DNA from: an uncultured Akkermansia sp.
GTDB taxonomy: Bacteria > Verrucomicrobiota > Verrucomicrobiia > Limisphaerales > UBA9464
NCBI GenBank assembly: GCA_964386625.1
Contig: CAYLTF010000005.1
Coordinates: 1 to 61,592 of the forward strand
Direction: 5' to 3'
DNA length: 61,592 bases
The translations under genes were made by a program, and so were the position numbers. Positions 8,567-19,903 of the stretch are shown here, piece by piece (position 1 is the first letter of the stretch; each line of letters starts with the position of its first letter). The notes under the pieces are model-generated. The model worked only from the letters and a program-made list of their open reading frames with translations. It did not search any database and was not told the DNA's origin.

Positions 8567-9817
8567 ATGGCCGAGGCGTTGAGTTTCGCGGAGGGTCGGC
8601 CCTGGGCCCGGCACGGTTTCACCGTGTGCATCGCCATCTTGGCGGGCGTGGGCTCCGGATTGGCCAGCGCCGCCTTCCTGACGGCGTTGGACTGGGTGAC
8701 CACGACCCGCTGGCGCCACCCTGGGCTGGTCTGGTGTCTGCCGGTCGCCGGACTCCTCATGGTCCGTGCCTATGCGCGCTGGGGGCGGGGGGCGGACCGG
8801 GGCATGAGCCTGATCCTTGACGCCGTCCACCGGCGGTCGGCGGAGGTGCCGTGGGTCATGGCTCCCCTGGTGCTGGGCTCCACGCTCCTGAGCCATCTGT
8901 GCGGCGGATCGGTCGGCCGCGAAGGAACGGCCGTCCAGATGGGGGCCTCCCTGGCCTGGGTCTGGGGCCGACGGTTCCGGGCCTGGGTTCCCGATCCCTC
9001 CCTGGCCTTGCTGTCGGGGGTCGCCGGAGGCTTCGGTTCGGTGTTCGGGACTCCTTGGGCCGGTGCCATGTACGCGATCGAACTGCCGGTGCTTGGGCGC
9101 TGCCAGTGGCACCGGGCGCTGCCGTGTTTGATCGCCTCCTGGACAGGGCATGCCGTCTGCATGCTCCTCGGGGTGAGCCATACCGGATACCCCCAGGCAC
9201 GTCCCATCGATCTCCAGCCCTGGGGTGGTCTGTGGCAGTGCCTCGTGGCCGCGGTGGTGTTCGGTCTGGCCGCGCGATGCTTCGTGGCCCTGTTGAAAGG
9301 GTGGGGACGAGGGTTTCGTGGGGTTGGCATCCCGCCCACCGTCTTCCCGGTCGTGGCCGGCCTGGGAGTCCTCTCGCTGGCGTGGGCGCTGGGGACCGAT
9401 GCCTATCTGGGGATCGGGGTGACCGGTCGATCGCCCGGGGACCCTTCGCTGGTGCGGTGCTTCGAACCCGGCGGTGTCACCGCGTGGAGTTGGGCATGGA
9501 AGGCCCTCTTCACCACCTTGACCCTGGCTGGCGGATTCAAAGGGGGTGAGGTGACTCCGCTCTTCTTCGTCGGTGCGGCCTTGGGGAACACCCTGGCCAC
9601 CGCGGCCGGTTGGCCGGTCCCGGAATTCGCGGCGCTCGGGTTCATCGCGGTCTTCGCCGCCGCGAGTCATGCTCCCTGGGCCTGTGCGATCCTTGGTTGG
9701 GAACTGTTCGGTCCGCAGCTGTGCCTCCCGGCGCTGCTGGTCTGCCTGGTGGCCCACGGGGTCGCCACCGGCACGGGTCTCTACGACGCCCGAACGCAGT
9801 CGGACTCCCGCCATTAG
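8567..9817 (+). CDS. ClC-family voltage-gated chloride channel / H+-Cl- antiporter
   Basis: 416 aa and multi-pass hydrophobic. 'GGSVGREGTAVQMG' and 'GSVFGTPWAGAMYAIE' resemble the ClC selectivity-filter segments (GxEGP / GxFxP). Confidence 0.8.
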   Translation: MAEALSFAEGRPWARHGFTVCIAILAGVGSGLASAAFLTALDWVTTTRWRHPGLVWCLPVAGLLMVRAYARWGRGADRGMSLILDAVHRRSAEVPWVMAPLVLGSTLLSHLCGGSVGREGTAVQMGASLAWVWGRRFRAWVPDPSLALLSGVAGGFGSVFGTPWAGAMYAIELPVLGRCQWHRALPCLIASWTGHAVCMLLGVSHTGYPQARPIDLQPWGGLWQCLVAAVVFGLAARCFVALLKGWGRGFRGVGIPPTVFPVVAGLGVLSLAWALGTDAYLGIGVTGRSPGDPSLVRCFEPGGVTAWSWAWKALFTTLTLAGGFKGGEVTPLFFVGAALGNTLATAAGWPVPEFAALGFIAVFAAASHAPWACAILGWELFGPQLCLPALLVCLVAHGVATGTGLYDARTQSDSRH

Positions 9818-9893
9818 GCCTGGGCCGCCGGCGATCCATCCGGGGCCGAGGTGCGCCCACCACGCGAGGGAGCTGTCGCCCCCGCATGGTCGG

Positions 9894-11270
<1,377 letters not shown>

Positions 11271-11541
11271 GGCACGACGATAGATTCCCGGCGCGATCCG
11301 GTCTCCAATTTTCAGCCATCCCACCGTCGGGCCGGGCGAGGGACACGCGGACCCCCTTCTGGATCTGGCACGGTCCTCGGCGCGGCCTCGTCGAGGAGGG
11401 GGGCGCGCAGTCGTCCTGGACCTTCCGGTGCTCGGCAGACTTTGCCGGTCAGACCGTCGCCACTCATGGAAACCCCCGTTTTCTCGGGGGAAATGCGGGT
11501 TGGACCAAGTCCTGCTACCTGCGGCGACTGGAACGAACGCG

Positions 11542-13653
11542 ATGACGAAAACACAGGACAGTTGGCTGGTGCGGTTGAGCCAGATGGACCTCTGGCTGGT
11601 GGCCGGGGTGTTCGGCACGGTGCTGCTGCTCATCCTTCCGGTGCCTCCCCTGCTGCTCGACCTCCTCCTCGCGGTCAGCATCGCTTCTTCGCTGCTCATC
11701 CTGTTGGTCATCCTCTACACCGACGACCCTTCCGAGTTCACCGGGTTCCCGTCGCTGCTGCTCTTCGTGACCCTGTTCCGGCTGGCCCTGAATGTGGCGA
11801 CCACCCGGTTGATCCTCATCTCCGGCAACGCGGGACACATCATCGAGGCCTTCGGCAATTTCGTCGTCGGGGGCAACTACGTGGTGGGCATCGTCATCTT
11901 CGCCATCCTGGTGGTCATCAATTTCGTGGTCATCACCAAGGGCGCGGGACGCATCGCCGAGGTGGCCGCCCGCTTCACCCTGGACGCCATGCCGGGCAAA
12001 CAGATGGCCATCGATGCCGAGCTGGGCGCGGGCATCATCAACGAGCAGCAGGCCCGGGCCCGCCGCCGGAAGGTGGAGCAAGAGGCCGATTTCTACGGCG
12101 CGATGGACGGCGCCTCGAAGTTCGTCCGCGGCGATGCCGTGGCGGCGGTGATCATCACGGTGGTCAATGTGGTCGGCGGGTTTGCCATCGGCATGGCGCA
12201 GCGCGGCATGAGCTTCACCGAGGCGCTCTCGCGCTACACGCTGCTTTCCATCGGCGACGGCCTGGTGTCGCAGATACCGGCCCTCGTGACCTCCATGGCC
12301 GCGGGCTTGCTGGTCACCCGGGCTGCTTCCCGCAACAATTTCGGCGAGGAACTGGGGCGGCAACTCACCTCGTATCCGCGGGCGCTGTCGATCTTGGCGG
12401 GCATGTTGGCGCTGCTGGCGCTGGTGCCGGGATTGCCGATGTTCCCGTTCCTCGTCCTGGCGGTCCTCGCCTGGTACATCGGCCGCAACATCAAGAACCG
12501 GCCTGCGACGGCCGCCGACACCGCGCGCAAGGCCGACGGAAAGGCCGCCAGACCGGGGGAGACTCCGGCGGCGGCGGCTCCCGGTGCTCCCGCCGCGGCC
12601 GGTGCCGACAAGCTCGAGAACCTGCTGGGCGTGGACGCCCTGCTCATCGAGCTGGGCTTTGGATTGGTTTCACTGGCCGACAGCCGCAAGGGAGGCGACC
12701 TGCTGGAGCGGGTGACCGGCGTCCGGCGGCAGTTCGCCCAGGAGATGGGGCTGCTGATCCCGCCGATCAAGCTCCGCGACAATCTCCAGATCGGGGCCAA
12801 CGAGTACCGGTTCCTCCTCAAGGGCAACCCTGTGGCCACGGGCAGTCTGATGCCGGGCTATTCTCTCGCGATGAACGCCACCAACAGCCGCGTCACGCTC
12901 AAGGGCATCCCGACGACCGAGCCGGTGTTCCAACTCCCGGCGACCTGGATCACGGAGGTCGAGCGCAAGACCGCTGAGATCGCCGGCTACACGGTGGTGG
13001 ACGCCTCCAGCGTGCTCATCACCCACCTGACGGAGGTGGTGAAGCACCAGAGCCATGAGATCCTCTCCCGACAGGATGTGCAGCAGCTGCTCGACCATCT
13101 CAAGACCACGCACCCGACCGTGGTGAACGAATTGGTCCCGGCCCAACTGAATGTCGGCCAGGTCCAGCGCATCCTTCAGAATCTGCTGGCCGAGGGCATC
13201 TCCATCCGAAACCTGGCGAGCATCCTGGAGAAGGTGAGCGACTTCGCCGGTGTCACCAAGAACCCCGACGAGCTCAGCGAGCATGCGAGACGCGCCCTCG
13301 GGCCGCAGATCGTGAAGCCCTACCAGGACGATCGCGGAGTGCTCAAGGCCATCACTCTCGATCCACGGCTCGAGCAGGAGATCGCCAAGGGAGTCCGGCA
13401 GTCGCAGACGGAGATCGCGTTGCTGCTCGAACCGCGGCTGGCCCGGCATCTGGTCGAGAACCTCTCCAAGATGATCCAGGGATTGTTGGCCGCAGGGCAG
13501 GCACCGGTGGTGCTGTGCGGTCCGCACATCCGGTTGGCCTTCCGCCGCTTCTTCGAGGCGACCTTCAGCGACTTGACCGTCCTGAGCTATTCGGAGATCC
13601 CGAGCAAGGTGGACATCCAGAGCGCGGGCACGCTGGTCGTCCCCGAAGGATGA
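11542..13653 (+). CDS. flhA: Flagellar/type III export apparatus protein FlhA (FHIPEP family)
   Basis: The ATG at 11542 gives 703 aa. FHIPEP hallmarks are present: 'ITKGAGRIAEVAARFTLDAMPGKQMAIDAEL', 'FYGAMDGASKFVRGDA', and a C-terminal cytoplasmic domain. Confidence 0.85.
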   Translation: MTKTQDSWLVRLSQMDLWLVAGVFGTVLLLILPVPPLLLDLLLAVSIASSLLILLVILYTDDPSEFTGFPSLLLFVTLFRLALNVATTRLILISGNAGHIIEAFGNFVVGGNYVVGIVIFAILVVINFVVITKGAGRIAEVAARFTLDAMPGKQMAIDAELGAGIINEQQARARRRKVEQEADFYGAMDGASKFVRGDAVAAVIITVVNVVGGFAIGMAQRGMSFTEALSRYTLLSIGDGLVSQIPALVTSMAAGLLVTRAASRNNFGEELGRQLTSYPRALSILAGMLALLALVPGLPMFPFLVLAVLAWYIGRNIKNRPATAADTARKADGKAARPGETPAAAAPGAPAAAGADKLENLLGVDALLIELGFGLVSLADSRKGGDLLERVTGVRRQFAQEMGLLIPPIKLRDNLQIGANEYRFLLKGNPVATGSLMPGYSLAMNATNSRVTLKGIPTTEPVFQLPATWITEVERKTAEIAGYTVVDASSVLITHLTEVVKHQSHEILSRQDVQQLLDHLKTTHPTVVNELVPAQLNVGQVQRILQNLLAEGISIRNLASILEKVSDFAGVTKNPDELSEHARRALGPQIVKPYQDDRGVLKAITLDPRLEQEIAKGVRQSQTEIALLLEPRLARHLVENLSKMIQGLLAAGQAPVVLCGPHIRLAFRRFFEATFSDLTVLSYSEIPSKVDIQSAGTLVVPEG

Positions 13654-13696
13654 ACCCGGGCCGAACCGGGACCGCCGTCGGCCTCGGCCTGGCATG

Positions 13697-13725
13697 AAAA
13701 AGGAGACCGTGTCGCCACGGTCCCC
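13697..13725 (-). terminator. Intrinsic terminator downstream of the outer-membrane protein gene
   Basis: The minus strand reads GGGGACCGTG-GCGA-CACGGTCTCC (10-bp stem with one mismatch, GNRA loop) followed by TTTTT. Confidence 0.5.
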
Positions 13726-13779
13726 CACACACGCAGACTGCAGGAAAGATGAAGGAGGTCGGTTCCCCAGAGCGGGTGT

Positions 13780-14946
13780 TCAGAACCACCGAGAAACCGA
13801 GAGTGTCACCAGGTAGTCGGCGAAGGCGGCATCGCCCCGGGTGCCTTTCTGGAGATTCCAGTAGCTCCGCTCCCGCTGGGCCTCGAGACGCCAGGGCACC
13901 GTGATGGCGACGTTCCACTTGCCCGGCATCCAGTTGATGCCCGGCTCGATGGCGATGGAATAGCCGGGACGGCGGAAGCCCTCTTCGTTCCCGGCGTTGC
14001 CGTTCAGATCCTCCACTGGGATGCCTTCCATGCGGCCACCAAGAGACAGCGAGAGGTGGTGCTTCTCGCTCACGACCTTGGAGAACCCGGCGCGGAACAA
14101 GTATTGGTCGGTGATGGACATGCCGTTGTCGATGTCCCTGCCGCCGATGGTGGGGCCGGCATCCCTGCGGGCCGTCGGGCTGACGGCGCCGTTCACGTTC
14201 TGCGGATTGAAGAGGTAGTAGGCCTGGGCGTAGGCGAAGAAGCCCTTGGTGAGCTCGCGATAGCCGTTGAGTTCCCACGAAACGCCCCAACCGCCGTCGC
14301 CGGGCTGGATGGACTGGTCGACGTTGCGGCGGACGGGCTGGATGTTGACCCCGGCCGTGGGGTCTTGGTCCTGGTAGAACACGTCGTCGGCCTGGTAGTC
14401 GCCGGTGGGCGCCTTGCCGCCGATGCTGACCTGCAGGTTGCCCTTGGGCTGGGTCTTCGGATCCCAGATCCAGTAGCCGACCACCGCACGGACATCGCCG
14501 ATGCCCATGGAACTGGTGTCACGGCGCACCCCGCTGTGCTCATAGGGGGCCGAACGGATGTGGGACACCCACGGCAACACCACTGTCGTCGACCACTGGG
14601 GCGTGAACTGGTAGGTGACGGCTGTATCGATGAACTGCGAGTAGTTGATCACCTCGGTGCCCTGCTCAAACCGGTTCAGGCCCGCCGCATTGCGCGACTC
14701 GTTGCCGCCAATGAAGTGGCGGTCGGACTTGAAAAAACGGTAACCGACCGTGGCGAGCCAGGGGCCGTGTTCGGCGGCGTCCTCTCCCATGCCCGAGTGG
14801 TTCATGGTGCACATGCCGCCACCGCGGACGGCGACGCAGCCCTGGGCGAGGGCGGATGGGGTCGAGAGGGCCTGCAGGACGAGGGCCGCGGAGGCAACGG
14901 CGGTGGCGGATTGGACAACCAACGGAGAGCGTTTCGAGTGGTTCAT
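13780..14946 (-). CDS. Outer-membrane beta-barrel protein (possibly MetA-pathway/'transporter'-like family)
   Basis: The ATG at 14946 gives signal peptide 'MNHSKRSPLVVQSATAVASAALVLQALSTPSALA'. The sequence has alternating amphipathic beta-strand-like character and ends in the OMP-type C-terminal '...VSRWF'. Confidence 0.55.
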   Translation of the reverse strand: MNHSKRSPLVVQSATAVASAALVLQALSTPSALAQGCVAVRGGGMCTMNHSGMGEDAAEHGPWLATVGYRFFKSDRHFIGGNESRNAAGLNRFEQGTEVINYSQFIDTAVTYQFTPQWSTTVVLPWVSHIRSAPYEHSGVRRDTSSMGIGDVRAVVGYWIWDPKTQPKGNLQVSIGGKAPTGDYQADDVFYQDQDPTAGVNIQPVRRNVDQSIQPGDGGWGVSWELNGYRELTKGFFAYAQAYYLFNPQNVNGAVSPTARRDAGPTIGGRDIDNGMSITDQYLFRAGFSKVVSEKHHLSLSLGGRMEGIPVEDLNGNAGNEEGFRRPGYSIAIEPGINWMPGKWNVAITVPWRLEAQRERSYWNLQKGTRGDAAFADYLVTLSVSRWF

Positions 14947-15109
14947 GGTTTGCAGTATCCCCGGATTCCCCGGTGGACCGGGTGTTTTGGGGCCAATCGC
15001 CGCCAATCCGGGGTGGGATGCCGGTTTCGAGGGGTCGATGGCTGGAATTCCCCGGGGTCGTTGCCGGGTTTCCCGCGGTCCGCGCGACCCTGGGCCGACA
15101 GGCTCGCCA

Positions 15110-16081
15110 CTAGATCCGGTGGCAGGCGATGCGTCGACCTTCGCCCAGATCGCGCAGTGTCGGGACCTCCGTCCGGCACCGGGATTCGGCCACCGGACAG
15201 CGCGGGTGGAAGGGGCACCCTGGCGGAGGCTGGATCGGCGAGGGCGGTTCCCCGGACAGGACGATGCGCGATCGCCTCGAGGCCGGATCGATCACGGGCA
15301 CCGCCGAGATCAGGGCCTGGGTGTACGGATGGAGCGGTTCCTGAAAAAGCGCCGGCACTCGGGCCTCTTCGACAACCCGACCGAGGTACAACACCAGGGC
15401 CCGATGCGCGAGGTGCTCGACCACCGCCAGGTCGTGCGAGATGAACAGGTAGGCCAACCCCCGTTGTCGCTGGAGATCCTGGAGCAGATTCAAGACCTGG
15501 GCCTGGACGCTCACGTCGAGGGCGCTGACCGGTTCATCGCAGACGATCCATGCTGGTTCTACGGCCAGGGCGCGGGCGATGCCGATCCGCTGCCGTTGAC
15601 CACCGCTGAACTCGTGCGGAAACCGATCCGAATGCCCAGCCTCGAGGCCGACGGACTCCAGCAGTGCGTGGATCCGCCGCTGGCGTTCCTCGGGATTCGC
15701 GACCAACCGATGGATCTCCAGCGGTTCGCCCAGGGTCTGCCCGATGGTGAAGCGCGGGTTCAGGGAACCGAACGGATCCTGGAAGACCATCTGGAACTGG
15801 CGGCGGTGTGCCCGCAGGTCGCGTTCCGCCAGGCGGGTCAAGTCGGTCCCGGCGAATCGGACACTGCCGGAGGTCACGGGGCCGAGCCGCATCACCGCCC
15901 GCCCGAGGGTCGTCTTGCCGCATCCGCTCTCGCCGACGATCCCGAGGGTCTCCCCCGCGTCCAGGGTGAAACTCACCCCGTCCACGGCGCGGACGAGGGA
16001 CCTCACGCGGGAAAACGGAGAGTCGCCGGCCGGGAAGTGAACCCGCAGGTCTTCGACGCGGAGCAGTGGGACGTGGGGCAT
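15110..16081 (-). CDS. Oligopeptide/dipeptide ABC transporter ATP-binding protein (OppF/DppF-like)
   Basis: Start at ATG 16081 ('MPHVPLLRVEDLRVHF'). Walker A 'GESGCGKTT', signature 'FSGGQRQRIGIARAL', and the C-terminal oligopeptide-type 'HPYTQALISAVP...PPPGCPFHPRCP'. Confidence 0.85.
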   Translation of the reverse strand: MPHVPLLRVEDLRVHFPAGDSPFSRVRSLVRAVDGVSFTLDAGETLGIVGESGCGKTTLGRAVMRLGPVTSGSVRFAGTDLTRLAERDLRAHRRQFQMVFQDPFGSLNPRFTIGQTLGEPLEIHRLVANPEERQRRIHALLESVGLEAGHSDRFPHEFSGGQRQRIGIARALAVEPAWIVCDEPVSALDVSVQAQVLNLLQDLQRQRGLAYLFISHDLAVVEHLAHRALVLYLGRVVEEARVPALFQEPLHPYTQALISAVPVIDPASRRSRIVLSGEPPSPIQPPPGCPFHPRCPVAESRCRTEVPTLRDLGEGRRIACHRI

Positions 16082-16088
16082 GATGAGG

Positions 16089-17036
16089 TCAATCTCCCGA
16101 GAACGGGCAGCGGACCCGATGGTCATCGGAGACCGTGCTCCATCCGGGTGGATTCCGGTGGCATGCATCGTGCGCCACCGGACAGCGGGGGGCGAACCGA
16201 CAACCCGGAGGCCCATCGCCCGGGCCGGGCACGGAACCGGGCAGGCTGGCCAGGCGCGGGACGGGACGACCGAGTTCCGGCACCGATCGCAACAAGGCCT
16301 GCGTGTAAGGGTGACGAGGGTGCTGGAGAATCCCGCGGGCCGGGCCCTCCTCGACCAGTCGCCCCGCGTACATCACGCCCACCCGGTCGGCGATTTCGCC
16401 GACCAGTCCCAGGTTGTGGGTGATGAGCAGGATGGCCATGCCGAGTCGCCGCTGGAGGTCGCGCAGCAGTTCGATGATCTGCGCTTGGACGGTGACATCG
16501 AGGGCGGTGGTCGGCTCATCGGCGATGAGGAGCCGAGGGTTCGGGGCCAGCGCCTGCGCGATCATCACCCGTTGGAGCATGCCCCCGGAGAGTTGGTGCG
16601 GATAGGCGTCGAGGCGCGCTTCGGGATCGGGAATCCCCACCCACCGAAGCAGGCGGACGATCTCGGCGTCGGTCGCCGATCCGGGGCGATGCAGGGCGAG
16701 AGACTCCCGGATCTGTGTCCCGATCCGCATCACCGGATTCAGCGCCGATGCCGGTTCCTGGAACACGTGGCCCACGATGCCGCCGCGGATCCGTCGCAGT
16801 TCGCGGGGGGGCATTCGAAGGACATCCCGACCCTCCAGGAGGATCTCTCCTCCGGAGATGGTGGCCGGAGGCGTCGGGAGCAGTCGGGTGATGCTCAGCG
16901 CGGTGATGCTCTTGCCGCAACCGCTCTCGCCGACCAGGCAGTAGGTTTCGCCCTCGTCCACGGAGAGCCGCAACCCATCGACGGCCCGCCGGGGACCGAA
17001 GTCGATGCAGAGGTCGCGGATCTCAAGCAGGGGCAT
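16089..17036 (-). CDS. Oligopeptide/dipeptide ABC transporter ATP-binding protein (OppD/DppD-like)
   Basis: Walker A 'GESGCGKSI', signature '[15 protein letters not shown]', and C-terminal '[12 protein letters not shown]...[11 protein letters not shown]'. I prefer the ATG at 17036 ('MPLLEIRDL'); the TTG at 17066 is the alternative. Confidence 0.85.
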   Translation of the reverse strand: MPLLEIRDLCIDFGPRRAVDGLRLSVDEGETYCLVGESGCGKSITALSITRLLPTPPATISGGEILLEGRDVLRMPPRELRRIRGGIVGHVFQEPASALNPVMRIGTQIRESLALHRPGSATDAEIVRLLRWVGIPDPEARLDAYPHQLSGGMLQRVMIAQALAPNPRLLIADEPTTALDVTVQAQIIELLRDLQRRLGMAILLITHNLGLVGEIADRVGVMYAGRLVEEGPARGILQHPRHPYTQALLRSVPELGRPVPRLASLPGSVPGPGDGPPGCRFAPRCPVAHDACHRNPPGWSTVSDDHRVRCPFSGD

Positions 17037-17062
17037 GCGCTGGATGGGGGGCGAGGGGGTGA

Positions 17063-17566
17063 TCAAGGCTTGGGGGATGCCTCACCTTGGTTTCCCCGGG
17101 TCTTGTCGGCGATCTTGCGAGCCTGTTCCCGGGCCTTTTCGGCGGCCTGGGCGGCCAGTTCGGAGGCTTCCTTGAGGGCGGCGTCGGCCTGGGCGCGCGC
17201 CACGGAAACTCCCGCCTGGGCCTGGGTCCGGACCTGTTGCCACGCCTGGGTGCCCGCTCCCTTGAGCCTCTGTGCGGTCTCGCTGCGGGCGGCCGCCTCG
17301 GCGGCGCGACGGGTCTCGTCGGCCGCCCGCCGCGCGAGCGACTCGGCCTTCTGCGTGGCGTCGCGGGCCGCTTCCCGGGCGACCGCGGCGGCCGTGGACG
17401 CTCCGTGCTCCAGGCGTTCGCCGGCATCCTTGAGGACCTTGCGGGTCTCTTCGGCCGTGGGCGGCGGTGATTCCTTCGAACAGCCGAAGAACGCCGCCAC
17501 CGCCAGAGACAGTGCGAGGGTTCTGGAGACGGGTGCGGCCCATCCCGGACGGCTCCGAGGATCCAT
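17063..17566 (-). CDS. Ala-rich helical lipoprotein (unknown function)
   Basis: The ATG at 17566 gives 'MDPRSRPGWAAPVSRTLALSLAVAAFFGC', with the lipobox A-A-F-F-G-C. The mature part is a low-complexity A/E/R/K/Q helical-repeat-like sequence. Confidence 0.5.
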   Translation of the reverse strand: MDPRSRPGWAAPVSRTLALSLAVAAFFGCSKESPPPTAEETRKVLKDAGERLEHGASTAAAVAREAARDATQKAESLARRAADETRRAAEAAARSETAQRLKGAGTQAWQQVRTQAQAGVSVARAQADAALKEASELAAQAAEKAREQARKIADKTRGNQGEASPKP

Positions 17567-17747
17567 GCCTGAATGTCGCGGAGCGACCGTGCCGCGACAA
17601 CACCGGTTTACGGGAGTGATGCCGTCCCGGAATCGAGGGGGTTCATTCCTCCGGCGGGCCCGCTCTTTCGAGCGGATCGCGCCTGTGGCCGGCAACGCGG
17701 TCAGAGGAGCCTTGCCGCGTTTTGCATCGCTCTTTAGCGTCGATCCC

Positions 17748-18656
17748 ATGTCCACCTCGTTGAGTCGCCGCCGATTCCTGGTCGCTGCCGCATCGCTGGG
17801 CGCTCTGGGGATGAGCCCGCTTCGGGCGGTCGAGCCGTTCGCCCGTTCCTCGCGCCCGCGCCTGCGGTTGTCGCTGGCGGCCTATTCCTTCGGCGATCAG
17901 TTCAAGCCCGGCAAGGACGGCAGCCCGGCCCGGATGGACATGAAGCGCTTCGTCGATTACTGCGCGGACCACGCCTGTGGCGGTGCGGAACTCACCAGCT
18001 ACTACTTTCCGGAGAAGGTGACCGACGCTGACCTCCTGGAGGTCCGCCGTCATGCCCATCTCCGTGGCGTGACGGTGAGCGGGACCGCCGTGGGCAACGA
18101 TTTCTGCCATCCTCCGGGCGAGAAACGCAGCGCCGAGATCGCCTCGGTGAAGGAGTGGATCCGCAAGGCGGCGGTCCTGGGGGCTCCGCACATCCGCGTG
18201 TTCGCCGGCGGTGTCCACGGAACCTCGGAGGCCGAGGCGGCCAAGTTGACCATCGCGGCCCTGGAGGAATGCGGCGAAGAAGCCGGCAAGGCGGGGATCT
18301 TCCTGGGGGTCGAGAACCACGGGGGCATCGTGAGGCGCGCGGAATCGTTGATCGAGATCGTCAAGGCGGTCCGGAGTCCCTGGGTGGGCATCAACCTCGA
18401 CACCGGCAATTTCTATTCCGCCGACCCCTACCGGGAGTTGGCGCTGTGCGCCCCCTGGGCGGTGAACGTGCAGTTCAAGGGGAAGGTCCACGTGGGGGGC
18501 AAGTCTGCGGTGGAGAAGGCCGACTACCCGCGGACCTTCAAGATCCTGAGGGATGCGGGATACCAGGGTTTCGTGGCTCTCGAGTACGAATTCAAGGAAG
18601 ACCCCTTCGTCCGGGTGCCACAGATGCTGGAGGAGATGCGCCCGCTGCTGGATTGA
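17748..18656 (+). CDS. Sugar phosphate isomerase/epimerase (xylose isomerase-like TIM barrel) with TAT signal
   Basis: The ATG at 17748 gives the twin-arginine signal 'MSTSLSRRRFLVAAASLGALG'. 'GAPHIRVFAGG', 'GIFLGVENHGG' and 'GINLDTGNF' match AP-endonuclease-2 / xylose-isomerase-like TIM-barrel motifs. Confidence 0.8.
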   Translation: MSTSLSRRRFLVAAASLGALGMSPLRAVEPFARSSRPRLRLSLAAYSFGDQFKPGKDGSPARMDMKRFVDYCADHACGGAELTSYYFPEKVTDADLLEVRRHAHLRGVTVSGTAVGNDFCHPPGEKRSAEIASVKEWIRKAAVLGAPHIRVFAGGVHGTSEAEAAKLTIAALEECGEEAGKAGIFLGVENHGGIVRRAESLIEIVKAVRSPWVGINLDTGNFYSADPYRELALCAPWAVNVQFKGKVHVGGKSAVEKADYPRTFKILRDAGYQGFVALEYEFKEDPFVRVPQMLEEMRPLLD

Positions 18657-18729
18657 GGCCCCGGAACCCCGCCCGCTCTTTCCCCTCGCTTTGGGTGGGG
18701 TTTGTCGGAACCTTCGGGCTCATTCGTCG

Positions 18730-19284
18730 ATGAAGCTATCGCTGACCTTGTCGCAAGTGGCCCTCGCCTTGGGCCTGGGTTGCCTGCTGGGACACCTCTG
18801 GCCGGTGATCCGTCCGGGGGCCTGCGCCGCCTGGTTGCGGGGCTTCCATCGCAACACCGCGGTGGGCGTGGTGCTGATGCTCTTGGGCAGCGTGTGGTTC
18901 GAGCAGAATCTCCAGAACTCCGAGATCTCGGACTTCGCCGCCTTCCGCCCCGTCCTGCTGGGCGGGGTGATCGCGATCGGTGTGGCCAGTTGCTTCGTGG
19001 TCCGGGATTACCTGGCGGTGAGGGGCTTGGCCGTCATCCTGTGCCTGATCGCCGATGTCGTCCTGGACGCCCAGCGATGGCACCCGAGCCCCCTGCGGTA
19101 CCTGGTGACCGTGTGGATGTACGGGTGGGTCAGCCTGGCCATCTGGGTTGCGGTCTCGCCGTGGCGGGTGAGGGACTGGTTGGCCTGGTGCACGCAGTCC
19201 GAGAGTCGGGTGCGCTTGTTGGGGTGGTCCGGGGTGGTCTGGGGAACGCTGATTTCGGTGCTGGCGGTGACCGCCTATCGTTGA
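18730..19284 (+). CDS. Integral membrane protein (unknown function)
   Basis: ATG at 18730, 184 aa. About five or six hydrophobic spans are visible ('LSQVALALGLGCLLGHLW', 'VGVVLMLLGSVWF', 'VLLGGVIAIGVASCFVV' and others). Confidence 0.5.
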   Translation: MKLSLTLSQVALALGLGCLLGHLWPVIRPGACAAWLRGFHRNTAVGVVLMLLGSVWFEQNLQNSEISDFAAFRPVLLGGVIAIGVASCFVVRDYLAVRGLAVILCLIADVVLDAQRWHPSPLRYLVTVWMYGWVSLAIWVAVSPWRVRDWLAWCTQSESRVRLLGWSGVVWGTLISVLAVTAYR

Positions 19285-19385
19285 ACCCGACCTCGCTGCC
19301 GGGGATGGAGTTCCCGGCGCGGAGGCAGGTTTTCTCGATGCCGGAGGGGTGCGGGCTCTTCCCCTCCGGTCGATTCCGGGCTTAA

Positions 19386-19901
19386 TTGGGGGCGGTGCCG
19401 CTACCCTACAAAATCGCCACGCTTCTCTACTGCTTCGATCCGCAGGACAACGTGCTCCTGCTGCGTCGGTCGCAGGACCCCAATCGGGGGCTTTTCAGTC
19501 CGCCCGGGGGCAAGCTCAAGACCGACCTCGGCGAGTCTCCCTACGCCTGCGCCTGCCGTGAGGCATTGGAGGAGACCGGTGTCTCGCTGACTCCGTCCGA
19601 TCTGCATCTCACCGGCCTGATCAGCGAATACGGGTATCAGGGCCAGACCCACTGGTTGATGTTTCTCTTCGAGGTGAAACAGCGCCTCCTTCGTGTGCCT
19701 CCTCCGCATCGGGAAGGGGATTTCGGCTTCTACAGTCGTGCCGAGTTGCACCTGCTGGATCTTCCCGAGACCGACCGGGAGCAGATCTGGCCGCTCTTCT
19801 GGAGCCATCGCGGCGGGTTTTTCGCGGCCCATGTCCATTGCCACGAGGCGGGAGGATCGACCTGGACCATCGAACAAAGCAGCCCGCTCCGACGCGCCTG
19901 A
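19386..19901 (+). CDS. NUDIX hydrolase
   Basis: The Nudix box is 'GGKLKTDLGESPYACACREALEETGV' (GX5EX7REUXEEXGU). The start is the TTG at 19386 or the GTG at 19395. Confidence 0.8.
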   Translation: MGAVPLPYKIATLLYCFDPQDNVLLLRRSQDPNRGLFSPPGGKLKTDLGESPYACACREALEETGVSLTPSDLHLTGLISEYGYQGQTHWLMFLFEVKQRLLRVPPPHREGDFGFYSRAELHLLDLPETDREQIWPLFWSHRGGFFAAHVHCHEAGGSTWTIEQSSPLRRA

Positions 19902-19903
19902 TC

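Noticed and set aside
11365-11385. 'TGGCACGGTCCTCGG' upstream of flhA as a possible sigma-54 promoter (-24/-12).
   Set aside because: The -24 half (TGGCAC) fits, but the -12 position reads TCGG instead of TTGC, so there is no GC dinucleotide at the required spacing. That is not enough to call. A second candidate near 39300 (TGGCATTCTGGCGGT) fails in the same way.
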